Shown here piece after piece: positions 18,749 through 29,300 of a stretch of 64,000 nt of DNA. A program made the position numbers and the translations under genes. The notes below the pieces were generated by a model. That model was not told the DNA's origin. It saw nothing but the letters and a program-made list of their open reading frames with translations, and ran no database searches. Source of the stretch: Bdellovibrionota bacterium (GTDB lineage Bacteria; Bdellovibrionota_C; UBA2361); NCBI GenBank assembly GCA_044352465.1, contig JBILDU010000001.1, positions 84,211 through 148,210 on the forward strand, read 5' to 3'. How positions within the stretch are numbered: the first letter of the stretch is position 1; the number at the start of each line of letters is the position of its first letter.

Positions 18749-19239
18749 TGCCCGACTGAGCCTGTTTGTAACCTCTTATGTTATGGAGTGTTTCAGCCCG
18801 TAGGTGCGCAGGAGCCGGAGATATGGGGTAAGGTGTTGGAACGCCTTGGCTCATTCGGAATCGTGCCATCGCACGGTGAGAGAAATCGCAACTCTCATGC
18901 GAAGTGCTCTCCGGGGAAAAGCTCTCCTGAAGAAGCACGGTCGCTTTTTGATGCATCTCGTCGCTGATGAGACCGGGGAAGGTGGAGTCGGGAGCCGTGG
19001 TTACAGACCGCTGGGGCGTAGCTTCGCTCAAGACCGGAGAGAGTTAAAAATCTTTAAAAGCTCATAGTGCGGAGTGATAGATCGGAGAAAAAGGAGGGCG
19101 AACGAGAGTGTGCCGCAAAGAGCGGAGAGGTAGAGGGATCGGTGGATCGGCGTAGCGGGAGCAAAGGCGAATGGAGGCGGAGCCTCGTTCCTAGGATGGT
19201 GAGGTCGCGCTCGTAAACCTTTCGTCGTGACCCGTCACG

Positions 19240-19926
19240 ATGATAGCCTCGAGGGGCATGTGGACGATCTACCGACACACAAAAGGGATGCATTACCTCT
19301 CGCTCGGGCAAGCAACTCACTCGGAGACGCTTGAGCCTCTTGAGGTGTACCGGGCGCTCTACGACAACGAACTCGCTTCGATGTGGGTGCGCCCGCACGG
19401 GATGTTTCACGGCCCCGCTGATGCAGGGGGGAAGCGTTTTGAGGTAGTGGGGCGGGTGCGGGTGGTGTATCCGGAAGATGAGGCGACCGTGCTCGGTTTC
19501 GGGCACGATGCGTGGGGTCATGGGCTCTCCGTGACCGAATTTGTATCCACTTACTCGACGAATCTGAACCATCTCCGCGGAACGCGGTATCTTTTTGAGC
19601 TTCCCTCCGGAGAGATCGTCGGGAACCTGAATACTATCAGGTTTTGCCGGTCCCTGGTGGGGCTCGCGTCGATGTCGGTGGCCCCGTCTGTAAGGAGGCG
19701 GGGGATAGCATCCCTTCTCCTTCGCGCGGTGATAGAGCTTTTTCGAGCCGAGGATCCAGCGACCCGATTTATACTCTATTCGGAGGTGGGGTTAACGCTG
19801 TACGAGCGAATCGGCTTTTCGGCGCTTCCCACGGAGTTACAGTTTCATCCCCCCGCGGTAGCGATGGTGACGGGGGAAGGGGGCCTTTCTGACGATGAAG
19901 CTGAGTTCTTATGGACGTATTTCTAG
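19240..19926 (+). CDS. DUF1653 domain fused to GNAT acetyltransferase
   Basis: N-terminal YRHTKG...YRALYDN...MWVRPHGMF matches the DUF1653 signature. C-terminal GNAT motif (RRRGIASLLL...LYERIGF). Confidence 0.6.
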   Translation: MIASRGMWTIYRHTKGMHYLSLGQATHSETLEPLEVYRALYDNELASMWVRPHGMFHGPADAGGKRFEVVGRVRVVYPEDEATVLGFGHDAWGHGLSVTEFVSTYSTNLNHLRGTRYLFELPSGEIVGNLNTIRFCRSLVGLASMSVAPSVRRRGIASLLLRAVIELFRAEDPATRFILYSEVGLTLYERIGFSALPTELQFHPPAVAMVTGEGGLSDDEAEFLWTYF

Positions 19927-20370
19927 GCCGGCCTTTACGGGCTGGTTGTGAGTCTGAGTCGGTGTCTGATGGCCTGAGCACTTTCCAAGCTTCAACCCAC
20001 GTGAGTTTTGGGAACTTGAATTCGGTCTGGTATGACACAAAGGGTGAGACGGCGAAGTACTCTCACTCGCCGATTCGCCTTCAGTTGAGTCGGATTAAGA
20101 GCTGTTATCTAAACGAGTAGCGCAAAGTACCCAACATCGTGTACTCGAGAGCCGACCTGGTGAAGCTCGCGGGGGCGTACGGGCATCCCGGGGCCGATCG
20201 GGATCAGACCGTAGTTTGTGGGGCTGATGGGTCAATGGCCTCTCCGTGCTTTGGCAATAAAGTCTATATCTATCAGTGGGTTGGGGCTGGTGGAGCTTTC
20301 GTCTCGGCCTAGCAGGTGAGTTCTAGTAGCGTTTTTGGTTAGAATCAGTCCCCCGGAGGAAGAGGTAGGT

Positions 20371-21183
20371 ATGTGGGAAACGATCAAAAAGTACGAAGAT
20401 ATCAAGTTCGAGAAGACGAGCGACGGAATCGCGAAGATTACGATTAACCGTCCCGAGCGGCGAAATGCTTTTCGCCCTCAGACCGTGCTTGAGATGCAAG
20501 ATGCATTTAATCTCGCGCGTGACGACGATCAGATCGGTGTCGTCATTTTAACCGGGGAGGGGCCCGAGGCTTTTTGCTCCGGTGGCGATCAAAAGATCCG
20601 TGGTCACGCGGGCTATATCGATTCTCAAGGGGTACCTCGGCTGAACGTGCTCGATCTGCAAAAGCAGATTCGTGGGCTCCCGAAGCCCGTCGTGGCGATG
20701 GTCGCGGGGTACGCGATAGGCGGTGGCCATGTTCTCCACGTGGTGTGCGATCTCACGATCGCTGCGGATAATGCCAAGTTCGGGCAGACCGGACCGAAGG
20801 TCGGCTCGTTCGATGGTGGGCTTGGCAGCTCCTACCTCGCGCGGATCGTCGGTCAAAAGAAAGCCCGGGAGATCTGGTTTTTGTGTCGGCAGTACGATGC
20901 GCAGCAAGCCCGTGAGATGGGGCTGGTGAACTGGGTGGTGCCGCTTGCTGAGCTCGAGACGGAGACCTTAAAAGTATGCCGGGAGATGCTTGAGCTTTCG
21001 CCTTTGGCGCTCCGGTGTCTGAAGGCGTCGCTTAACGCCGATTGCGACGGGCAGATGGGGCTTCTCGACCTCGCCGGCAACGCGACCCTTCTCTACTACA
21101 TGACTGAGGAAGCCAAGGAGGGAAAGCAGGCGTTCGTTGAGAAGCGGAAGCCTAACTTTAAAAAATTTCCGCGGCTGCCGTAA
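20371..21183 (+). CDS. menB: 1,4-dihydroxy-2-naphthoyl-CoA synthase
   Basis: Crotonase fold with MenB-specific motifs ([26 protein letters not shown]). GGAGG RBS before the ATG at 20371; the ORF track starts at a TTG at 20335. Confidence 0.88.
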   Translation: MWETIKKYEDIKFEKTSDGIAKITINRPERRNAFRPQTVLEMQDAFNLARDDDQIGVVILTGEGPEAFCSGGDQKIRGHAGYIDSQGVPRLNVLDLQKQIRGLPKPVVAMVAGYAIGGGHVLHVVCDLTIAADNAKFGQTGPKVGSFDGGLGSSYLARIVGQKKAREIWFLCRQYDAQQAREMGLVNWVVPLAELETETLKVCREMLELSPLALRCLKASLNADCDGQMGLLDLAGNATLLYYMTEEAKEGKQAFVEKRKPNFKKFPRLP

Positions 21184-21186
21184 CCG

Positions 21187-22089
21187 ATGTCCCTGGCCCC
21201 TTGGATAGCGGCTGCGCGGCCGAAGACCCTCACTGCGGCGCTGGTGCCGGTTGTGGCGGGTTCGGCGCTGGGAGCACGGTTGTCGTTGGCAACTGAGTTT
21301 GCGTGGTTCGTCTCGCTGGCTGCGCTCATCAGCGCAACCGCGATACAGGTTGGTACGAATCTCTTCAACGACGTCCTCGATTTCGAGAAAGGTGCCGACA
21401 CCGCGGCGCGAGTGGGGCCGACGCGGATTACCCAATCGGGGGGTGCCTCTCCTGAGCGGGTCTATCGGGTAGCGATCGGGACGTTCCTTGTTGCGATCCT
21501 CTTCGGTGCTTACTTGGTCTGGCACGGCGGTGCGCCGATTCTTATCATCGGGCTCCTTTCTCTTCTTTTTGGATATGCCTACACGGGCGGACCCTACCCG
21601 TTAGCGTATCGCGGTCTCGGTGATCTTTTCGTGCTGATATTTTTTGGGATTGTGGCGGTCACGGGGATGGTGTTTCTCCACACCGGGTTCTGGCCGTTTG
21701 CGGGATTCGTGGCAGGGCTTCAGATCGGCTCACTCGCCGTCGTCCTCATCGCGATTAATAATCTGCGGGACCGTGAAACCGATAGTCGTGTTGATAAGCG
21801 AACGCTTGCGGTTATCTTGGGCGAGCGCGGGGCAAAGATCGAGATAGTGGCGCTCTTAATCGCTCCATTTTTGTTAGGGCTTTATTGGGTTGAGACCCCT
21901 TTTAGCTGGGCCGCGGTGCTGCCACTTGTCCTCTTGCCGTTCGCAGTACGGGTAGCGCGTGAGATCTGGGCGATGAAGCCGAGCGGAGAGCTCAATCGGT
22001 ATCTCGGTCGGTGCGCGTTTGTTCACTTGGGGTTCGGTGCTCTGCTGACGATCGGCTTTCTATTGGGGGCGGTGCCTCTTGGGAACTGA
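21187..22089 (+). CDS. menA: 1,4-dihydroxy-2-naphthoate polyprenyltransferase
   Basis: UbiA-family membrane protein with NDVLDFEKGADT and NNLRDRETDSRVDKRTLAV motifs. Confidence 0.85.
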   Translation: MSLAPWIAAARPKTLTAALVPVVAGSALGARLSLATEFAWFVSLAALISATAIQVGTNLFNDVLDFEKGADTAARVGPTRITQSGGASPERVYRVAIGTFLVAILFGAYLVWHGGAPILIIGLLSLLFGYAYTGGPYPLAYRGLGDLFVLIFFGIVAVTGMVFLHTGFWPFAGFVAGLQIGSLAVVLIAINNLRDRETDSRVDKRTLAVILGERGAKIEIVALLIAPFLLGLYWVETPFSWAAVLPLVLLPFAVRVAREIWAMKPSGELNRYLGRCAFVHLGFGALLTIGFLLGAVPLGN

Positions 22090-23218
22090 CTTCGGGGCTG
22101 TGGAGTTTCGGCTCGGGTGGGGCGATTTCAAGCTCCTTCTCGATCCCCGTTTTGGTGCGGAGAGGCGGGGTGATTTTGAAGCGTTGCTCCGCCCGGTTGC
22201 CCCACCAGGCGGTGGTATCTGGGTAGCCTCATCGGGGACAACTCGAAAAGAGGGCACGGGGTATCGGTTCATTGCACTTACCGAGGCTGCGCTGGTGACC
22301 TCTGCTCAGGCGGTAAATGCCCATCTTGCAGCGACAAAAGAAGATATCTTTGTGTCGTGCCTGCCCGATTTTCATGTTGGTGGTCTCGGGCTCCAGGTGC
22401 GGGCCGCTCTCCTCGGGGCACGATTTGTTAGGAGTGCCGGCAACGCTCGTCCGTGGAGCGCTCTTGAATTTGCGAGAGATGTTGAAGCCAATCGGGGAAC
22501 GATCCTCTCGCTGGTACCGACTCAGGTAGTTGACCTGGTAAGGGCGGGTATCGCGGCGCCGAGCTGTGTGCGTGTCGTGGTCGTTGGCGGCGGCGCGCTG
22601 TCCTTTCGTGAGTACCAGGAGGGGCGGGCGCTCGGGTGGCCGCTGCTACCGAGCTACGGATGCACTGAGTGTAGCTCGCAGATCGCGACCGCATCACTGG
22701 AGAGCCTTCAAACTCATCGGGGTAGCACGCTGCCGCCGCTCAAGCTTCTCTCCCATATCGAGGCGCGAGAGGAGGAGGGTGCTCTGCTCATTCGAAGCAG
22801 GGCTTTGTTCTCGTGTGCGGCGAGCCTGATGGACGATTCGGTCACCGTGGAGCCACTCGCGCCAGGTGCCTGGTTTCAGACCTCTGATCGCGTCGCCATC
22901 GAGGGAGACACGATAGCACCGCTCGGGCGTGTCGATGATCTTATCAAGATCGGCGGGGAGGGGGTGAATCTGCACGAGCTTTCCCTCCTCGTTCGTGATA
23001 TCCGAGAGGTGATATCGATGCAGGGCGATGTTCTCTTAAGGGCGATACCAGACGAACGGTTTGGTAACGTCCTGTCGCTGCGCGTGACTAATGCCGCCCT
23101 TGGAGAGGTCATTCGCGAGAGATTTAACGAACAGGTTCTCCCTTTTGCGCAGATACGCTCGGTAGAGCTCGTAGAAGTGATTGAGCGAACGGCCCTGGGA
23201 AAGCTGAAACGAGGATAA
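22079..23218 (+). CDS. menE: o-succinylbenzoate-CoA ligase (short adenylate-forming enzyme)
   Basis: AMP-binding motifs SSGTTRKEG, SYGCTE and IKIGGEGVNLHELS. Positioned after menB-menA. Confidence 0.65.
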   Translation: MGTDFGAVEFRLGWGDFKLLLDPRFGAERRGDFEALLRPVAPPGGGIWVASSGTTRKEGTGYRFIALTEAALVTSAQAVNAHLAATKEDIFVSCLPDFHVGGLGLQVRAALLGARFVRSAGNARPWSALEFARDVEANRGTILSLVPTQVVDLVRAGIAAPSCVRVVVVGGGALSFREYQEGRALGWPLLPSYGCTECSSQIATASLESLQTHRGSTLPPLKLLSHIEAREEEGALLIRSRALFSCAASLMDDSVTVEPLAPGAWFQTSDRVAIEGDTIAPLGRVDDLIKIGGEGVNLHELSLLVRDIREVISMQGDVLLRAIPDERFGNVLSLRVTNAALGEVIRERFNEQVLPFAQIRSVELVEVIERTALGKLKRG

Positions 23219-23227
23219 GGAGGGATT

Positions 23228-23554
23228 ATGCGATGCCGGGCGGCTGTATTTTCGATCCTCCTCCTGCCGTATATCTTTGCCCCACTTGATGCAAACGCAT
23301 ATCGTGAGGACGAGAGCGAAGCTCAGGTTGAGGCCGACATAGATCGGGGTGAGAATAAGTTAATCGAGAAGCTCGTCGAAATTGAGCAAGATCTTGCCCA
23401 GAATACGAAGAAGGCGCTGAAAGCGGAGGAGCGCCGAGATGTGGAGCTATTTCGTCGAGAGCTGAGTCGAAATGAGTCGGTATCAACGGACGACGACTCT
23501 ATCGCTGAGATTAGTCGAGAGGTCGATACTCTTACGCGGACATCCGACCGGTAA
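23228..23554 (+). CDS. small secreted coiled-coil protein
   Basis: Signal peptide MRCRAAVFSILLLPYIFAPLDANA followed by a charged helical region. Confidence 0.4.
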   Translation: MRCRAAVFSILLLPYIFAPLDANAYREDESEAQVEADIDRGENKLIEKLVEIEQDLAQNTKKALKAEERRDVELFRRELSRNESVSTDDDSIAEISREVDTLTRTSDR

Positions 23555-23558
23555 TGAA

Positions 23559-25145
23559 TTACGGTGTGATCTCGATATAGCGAGTTGTAAGCGCTACCTC
23601 AGATCCCCTCGATGTGCGGGAAAGACATACGATCCCCCGTAAGCCATCAGTGAACTCCCGGCTTTCGCAGTCGCAACTCAGCCGGGTCGTCGCACCACCA
23701 AGTTTACAGCCGTAATCAGAGACATAGAGCGCTGCGTTCCAAAAATGCTCCCACGAAGGTGGTACCGCTTCATCACAGATGCGGACGAGTACAGAGTCAG
23801 GGCGTGGAGTGAGCGTTTCAGGGAGCGGGAGTGTTCGCAGGGCAGCGATGGTCTCGTGAGCAAACGGTGGAGTAAAATGGGCAGGCGGCTGCCACGCCAA
23901 GAGTAGGGGGGTGCGATAGAAGACGATCACGCCGACCATGAGGAACGTAGCAAGTATACTTCCATGGCGGAGGGTCTTGTATTCGCTTTTTAGGAGGGCG
24001 TGAACGAGAACAGCGAGAAGAAGAGCGCCACAGATATACAGTCCAAAAAGACGGTGGCCTCTGATGTAGGTGATCGATAGGAGAGGGATCGTCAGCGCTG
24101 CACCAGCAAGGACAACGACCATGAGATAAAATCGTTTGTGTTCCTCTAGAATTTCGCGTGAGCGTCGAGCGTCTGCTCCGCAGAGAGTTGATATCGTCAC
24201 GGCCGCGAAGGCCGCCAGTGCAAGCCACAGCTCAAGGCTACCTGCTTCGCTTAGGGTCTCAGAACTAAAGTAAGATGGTGACCACTCAAAGATCGCCGGT
24301 ACCTCTTTGATTCGCGCGAGGATAGTTTCCCTCCATTCTCCAAAAAGTGTTCCCGATGGAGTTACAAGGCTCTCCGTGCGCCCTTCAAAGAGAGTTTGAT
24401 CGAAGCGGATACCGGGATGGAGAAGCTTTAAAATAAAGCCGCTGAAGATCGCCGATCCAAGGAAAATAGTTGTGAATCGGAGTCGGTAGCCTCGAGTATC
24501 ATTACACCAAAGGCGATAACTACCGATAAGGGAGAGTGCTATGACCGCAAGAGGACGAGAGACGGTATAGGTCTCGTAGGAGAGAGCGATGAGGAGTGGA
24601 AAGATGAAGAGAAGCAGGGTGGCTTTGCGGATGTTTTGCCGTCGAAGCGCTGAGTCAAGTGCAGCGAGGCTCCAGAGGAGGAAGGTAAACCAAGCTGCTG
24701 ACGTGATGGTGAGCTTCGATTCATAGAGGTACGAGATAAGCTGAGTGCTGAAGCCGACCGTGGTAAGCAGGAGCATGGTCGGGAAGAAGGTGAAGCTGAG
24801 AGTGCGTGCGAGGCCCCACAGTCCCAAAAGGGTGAGAGCAAAAAAGGCAACGCCGATAATTCGGTGAAGGACGTAGGTGTCGATGGAGTGGCGCAGAAGC
24901 TTCGTGGGAACGACGTAGAGCAGGCTTAACGAGCGTTGATCGGTAACGTTTGAGGTAGGGCCCTCGAGCCCTTTGAGTGGATTCGGGTCGCACAACGCTC
25001 CCAGGCGGGGGGCGAAGTTATACGCGAGGCCGTACTGTTCTTGGAACATGAAGTTTGGGTTCACACTCATCCGGAGGCGAGAGCCAACAAGGAGGGTAAT
25101 CGCGACAATGAAGAGCAAAAGACCGACGTGAGTAGTGCGTTTCAT
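23559..25145 (-). CDS. polytopic membrane protein, possibly a GT-C-like glycosyltransferase
   Basis: About 528 aa from the internal ATG at 25145 (MKRTTHVGLLLFIV...). Many TM helices and a Cys-rich extracytoplasmic C-terminus. The function is inferred only from architecture. Confidence 0.35.
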   Translation of the reverse strand: MKRTTHVGLLLFIVAITLLVGSRLRMSVNPNFMFQEQYGLAYNFAPRLGALCDPNPLKGLEGPTSNVTDQRSLSLLYVVPTKLLRHSIDTYVLHRIIGVAFFALTLLGLWGLARTLSFTFFPTMLLLTTVGFSTQLISYLYESKLTITSAAWFTFLLWSLAALDSALRRQNIRKATLLLFIFPLLIALSYETYTVSRPLAVIALSLIGSYRLWCNDTRGYRLRFTTIFLGSAIFSGFILKLLHPGIRFDQTLFEGRTESLVTPSGTLFGEWRETILARIKEVPAIFEWSPSYFSSETLSEAGSLELWLALAAFAAVTISTLCGADARRSREILEEHKRFYLMVVVLAGAALTIPLLSITYIRGHRLFGLYICGALLLAVLVHALLKSEYKTLRHGSILATFLMVGVIVFYRTPLLLAWQPPAHFTPPFAHETIAALRTLPLPETLTPRPDSVLVRICDEAVPPSWEHFWNAALYVSDYGCKLGGATTRLSCDCESREFTDGLRGIVCLSRTSRGSEVALTTRYIEITP

Positions 25146-25488
25146 GTGAGGGATCACCTTATCAGGGGGCACGTGGAGTAAGGGGGCGTGACGCCGTATA
25201 ATGTAGGAGATATTCTCTGTAATATCGAGCCATGACAAGGGGTTATGGTATGTTGCGCCGTTAGTTCACGAGGCCATAACAGGGATAGAGAGGGGGAGAA
25301 GCTCATCCAGAGTGGCTCTTTGGCTCCCCACGCGCTTTCACATCTTCATACGGGTAGTTCACATCGATTTTAAGGTTGTAGGGGTGGTGCACTCACTTTC
25401 CGGCTTCTAGGGAAGCTCGAAGGCGAGTGTACCACTCGCCATTGTGGCGAACTGGACACTGATAGATCTCTCGAAAAGGAGCAACGTC

Positions 25489-25980
25489 ATGTCGGTTCAG
25501 TGGTTCAAGATCGTGTTCGTTTCCATCTTGGTCGTCTTCCTCGCAGCGTGTCAGACCGCGGGTGATCGCACCGTGTTCAAGGCGGAGAAGACGGCGTCCT
25601 ACCAGTCGCTTGAGCGCGAGCTCAACGACGAGGTGAAGGGGCTCACGGCTGAGTACGATGCTACCAAGGACACCGCTCTGCGCGACCAAATTCGCGCTGA
25701 TCGGACCGCGGCCGCTCGTGACTTGGACGAAGTGCGTCTGCGTGCCAACACGGAGAAGCGGGTGTACCGGGAGTCGGAACGCAATGCCGCTCGGGCTGAA
25801 CGCAACAAGTTCAACCGTCGGCAGGGCAACCAGATCCAGGTCCGCGTCGATCCTTTCGGTTGGATGGAGGACGACGAGGACGAGAAGTACATCGATCGTG
25901 ATGGAACCCTCGGTCGTGACGATGACATCCGCGCTCGCATGGCGGAACGCGCAGATCGTCGTCGTCAGCGTCAGGGGTAA
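25489..25980 (+). CDS. charged lipoprotein
   Basis: Signal peptide with lipobox VFLAAC, then a highly charged Arg/Glu/Asp-rich helical region. Confidence 0.5.
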   Translation: MSVQWFKIVFVSILVVFLAACQTAGDRTVFKAEKTASYQSLERELNDEVKGLTAEYDATKDTALRDQIRADRTAAARDLDEVRLRANTEKRVYRESERNAARAERNKFNRRQGNQIQVRVDPFGWMEDDEDEKYIDRDGTLGRDDDIRARMAERADRRRQRQG

Positions 25981-26177
25981 CACGATAGGAGGTAAAAGCG
26001 AATAACGTCAAAAGCGTTGTTTGTGGGCTTGCATCGGTCGAGCACTGTATTTGTACAGTGCCCCCGCACTGCTGCAACTACTGTTCTCGATCGATGTGAG
26101 CTCCCTCCTTTTCTCTTTTTCCCCGCTATTTTGCTGAACGTCCGAAACTTCCGTTCAAATGCGAGCTCGTTTCCCCT

Positions 26178-26330
26178 GTGGCGCTCGTCGGCCGGACAGA
26201 GTCCGGCCCTCCAATGCTTTTGAATCACCGCAATCGTGTGGAGGGCTCGACTCTGTCGAGCCGCGCTTGAATCACCTGTGGTGCTCGTCGGCTGGATAGA
26301 GTCCGGCCCGCTAATGATTGCTCGCATCAT
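26178..26330 (-). repeat. inverted-orientation copy (~1.5 units) of the 100-bp structured repeat seen at 14003-14253
   Basis: The reverse complement of 26178-26330 aligns with the repeat unit at 14053-14253. Examples: GGCCGGACAGAGTCCGGCCCTCCAAT and GGAGGGCTCGACTCTGTCGAGCCGCGCTTGAATCACC. Confidence 0.8.
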
Positions 26331-26357
26331 CGGTTGTGTCCGCCGTCCGTGTTTCGA

Positions 26358-29300
26358 TCAATACGAATAACTTTGCCCCTCCTGGGCTCGTCCCGCGATG
26401 AGGTCGTCGATCGATTCGAGGGCAAAGGTGTTGATGTAGATGACCTCACCGATCCTTTCTAAGATTCCGGTCGCGAGGAGGCACGAGCTTGAAAGAACGA
26501 TGCGACGATACTTTTCAAAAACGTCAGGGCGGATAATAAGGTTCGTAATCCCCGTTTCATCTTCAAGGGTAATAAACACTACCCCTTTCGCGGTGCCGGG
26601 GCGTTGACGGATAATCGCGACCCCCGCAACCGATACGGTGCGCTCACGGGGGAGGCGAGTGAGTTTCTTGAGCGCCCCTGCGGTAAAGACGTTTCTTTTC
26701 GTAAGCTCGTGACGAATAAATCCGATCGGGTGCCCTTTTAAGGAAAGTCCACTTGCGGCGTAGTCGGCGAACATCTCTTGTTGCGCTGTGGTGGTAGGGA
26801 GAAACGCTTTCGCCGGTGTGTTGTTTTGGTAAGGCAGGGTCGCTCTATCAACGGGAAGCGGGATCTCGGGCAGCGCTTTGATGGCCCAGAGCGCCTCTCG
26901 ACGGTTAAGCCCGAACGAGCTGAACGCATCACCCCGGGCGAGTGTCTGTAGCGTTGAGCGATAGGGGCGCTCCGAAGATTCGCTATAGTCGCTCGTTACG
27001 GCGAGCCAAAACTCTTCGATGGTTTTTGACGCTGGATGACGCTCATAAGAGCTCACCAGAAGCTCAGCCTCTCTATGAGGAAGTCCTTTAAAAAGTCTTA
27101 AACCCAATCGCACTGCGGGACGTTTCGAGGTTTCATCTTCCTCGAGCCGCGCGTCCCACCCGCTATAGGCGATATCCGCCTCTCGCACACACACCCCGTG
27201 CTCTTGGGCGTCACGCACTATTTGGGCTGGGGCATAAAAGCCCATCGGTTGGCTATTAAGGAGCGCTGCGGCGAATTCGGCAGGATAGTGATGTTTAATC
27301 CACGCCGAGGCGTAGACGAGATGAGCGAACGATGCCGCGTGTGATTCCGGAAAGCCGTATTCGCTAAACCCCTTAATCTGCTCCATACACGTTTCAGCGA
27401 ACTCAACCGAGTAGCCGTTTCGGGTCATGCCGGCTACGATCTTTTGTTTAAACGTTGTAATCACCTCTTTATTGCGTTTCCACGCCGCCATCGCGCGGCG
27501 AAGCTTCTCCGCCTCACCGGGTGAAAAGTCGGCGAGCACGATCGCAAGCCGCATCGCTTGTTCTTGAAAAAGGGGGACGCCGAGAGTTTTTCCTAAGATC
27601 GCTTTTACCTGTTCGTCGGGGAAGTGAACCTTCTCTTTGCCGCTCCGGCGCTTTAAATACGGATGCACCATATTGCCGTGAATGGGTCCGGGGCGGACGA
27701 TCGCGACCTCGATAACAAGGTCATAAAAACACCGCGGACGAAGCCGCGGAAGCATCGACATCTGGGCGCGCGACTCGATCTGAAAGACGCCAACGGTGTC
27801 GGCGCGGCAGATCATATCGTAAACCGATGAGTCGTTTTGAGGGATCGAATGAAGTTGAAGGGAAGCTTTATTCTCTTCTTGTCGCCGGTTATTGACCAAC
27901 TCAAGCGCTTTGCGGATACAGGTCAGCATCCCAAGCGCTAGAACGTCGATTTTTAACATTCCGAGGGCGTCGATATCGTCTTTATCCCATTCGATGATAG
28001 TGCGATCCGCCATGCCGGAGTTTCGGATCGGTACCGTTTCTGAGAGCGGCTCTTGAGAGATGATAAAGCCCCCCACATGTTGTGAGAGATGGCGGGGAAA
28101 CCCTAAAAGCTCGTGACTAAGCCGGATCGCGTTTTGAATCGTTGTATCGTCTGGGTCTAGTCCAAGCGCTTTAAGATCCTCCGCCGCGATAATACAATCG
28201 GTCCACCGGTGAACGAGTTTTGCAAGTTTATCGACGATCTCGAGCGAAAGGCCTAACGCTTTGCCGACTTCGCGGATAGCGCTTCGATACCGATAGGTGA
28301 TGACCGCACAGGTAAGCCCCGCCCGATTTCGCCCGTATTTTGAGTATATATATTGAATCACCTCTTCTCTACGCTCGTGCTCAAAGTCGATATCGATATC
28401 GGGTGGTTCGTTCCGTTCTTTGCTGACAAAGCGAGCGAAGAGAAGGTCGATGGTCGCGGGGTCGACCGAGGTTATCCCTAAACAGAAACAAACTACTGAG
28501 TTCGCCGCGGCTCCGCGGCCCTGGCACAAGATCCCCCGACTTCGGGCAAAGCGGACGATATCGTGGCAGGTAAGGAAATACTTTTCGTACTGAAGGTCCT
28601 TAATAAGGTGGAGCTCCTCGCGGATCGCTTGCTCGACTTTTGGAGGAATGCCGTTTGGGTATCGCTCCTCCGCCCCCCCCCAGGTCTTTGTGGTAAGGTA
28701 TGTATGGACATCGTGGCCCGCTGGGCAGATCTCGGTCGGGTATTCGTAGCGCAGCTCATCGAGCGAAAACCCGGCGGTCATCTCAGTAAGTTCGAGCGTT
28801 CTATGGAGAGCGGGGCGATCGTCTCTAAAAAGGCGCTCCATTTCTTCGACCGGTTTTAGATACCGCTCCCCGTTTGGAAAAAGTTTAAACCCGGCGGTGT
28901 GAACGGTGCAGCCTGCGCGGATAGCGGTGAGGACGTCGTGAAGGGGGCGGCGTGCTCGGGAATGGTAGTAGGGATCGTTCGTAGCGATAAGTGGAAGTGT
29001 GAGCGTCGTCGCCGTAGCGCGGGTCATCTCGAGCGCGCGGGGACAAAAAAAGTCATAATTTTTCGTGAGCGCCATCGACCACACGGCGCGATCGGTTGCT
29101 GCATTCAGAAGCGCACCGACGATCGGAACGATGTCGAGCGGTGGAGCGCTGCTATCGCGTACGGTGGGGAGAGGCGGGGGGATCACGATGACGGCGAGAC
29201 CTTGATGGTAGTTTAAAAAGTCGGTCGTGGTGAGTAAGCACCGGGCACCGGGAAGCCGTGTTTTTCCGAGTGTTAACAGGGAGCAGAGGTTCCCATATCC

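Noticed and set aside
18675-19572. ORFs 18675..19031(-), 18804..19067(+) and 19054..19572(-) in and around the divergent promoter between the 695-aa gene and the DUF1653-GNAT gene
   Set aside because: They overlap the starts of better-supported genes or the promoter region. Their translations are low-complexity.
19927-20334. About 400-bp leader before menB examined for a riboswitch or promoter
   Set aside because: It has no recognisable riboswitch signature. A TTGGCA/TATATC pair has the wrong spacing, so I make no call.
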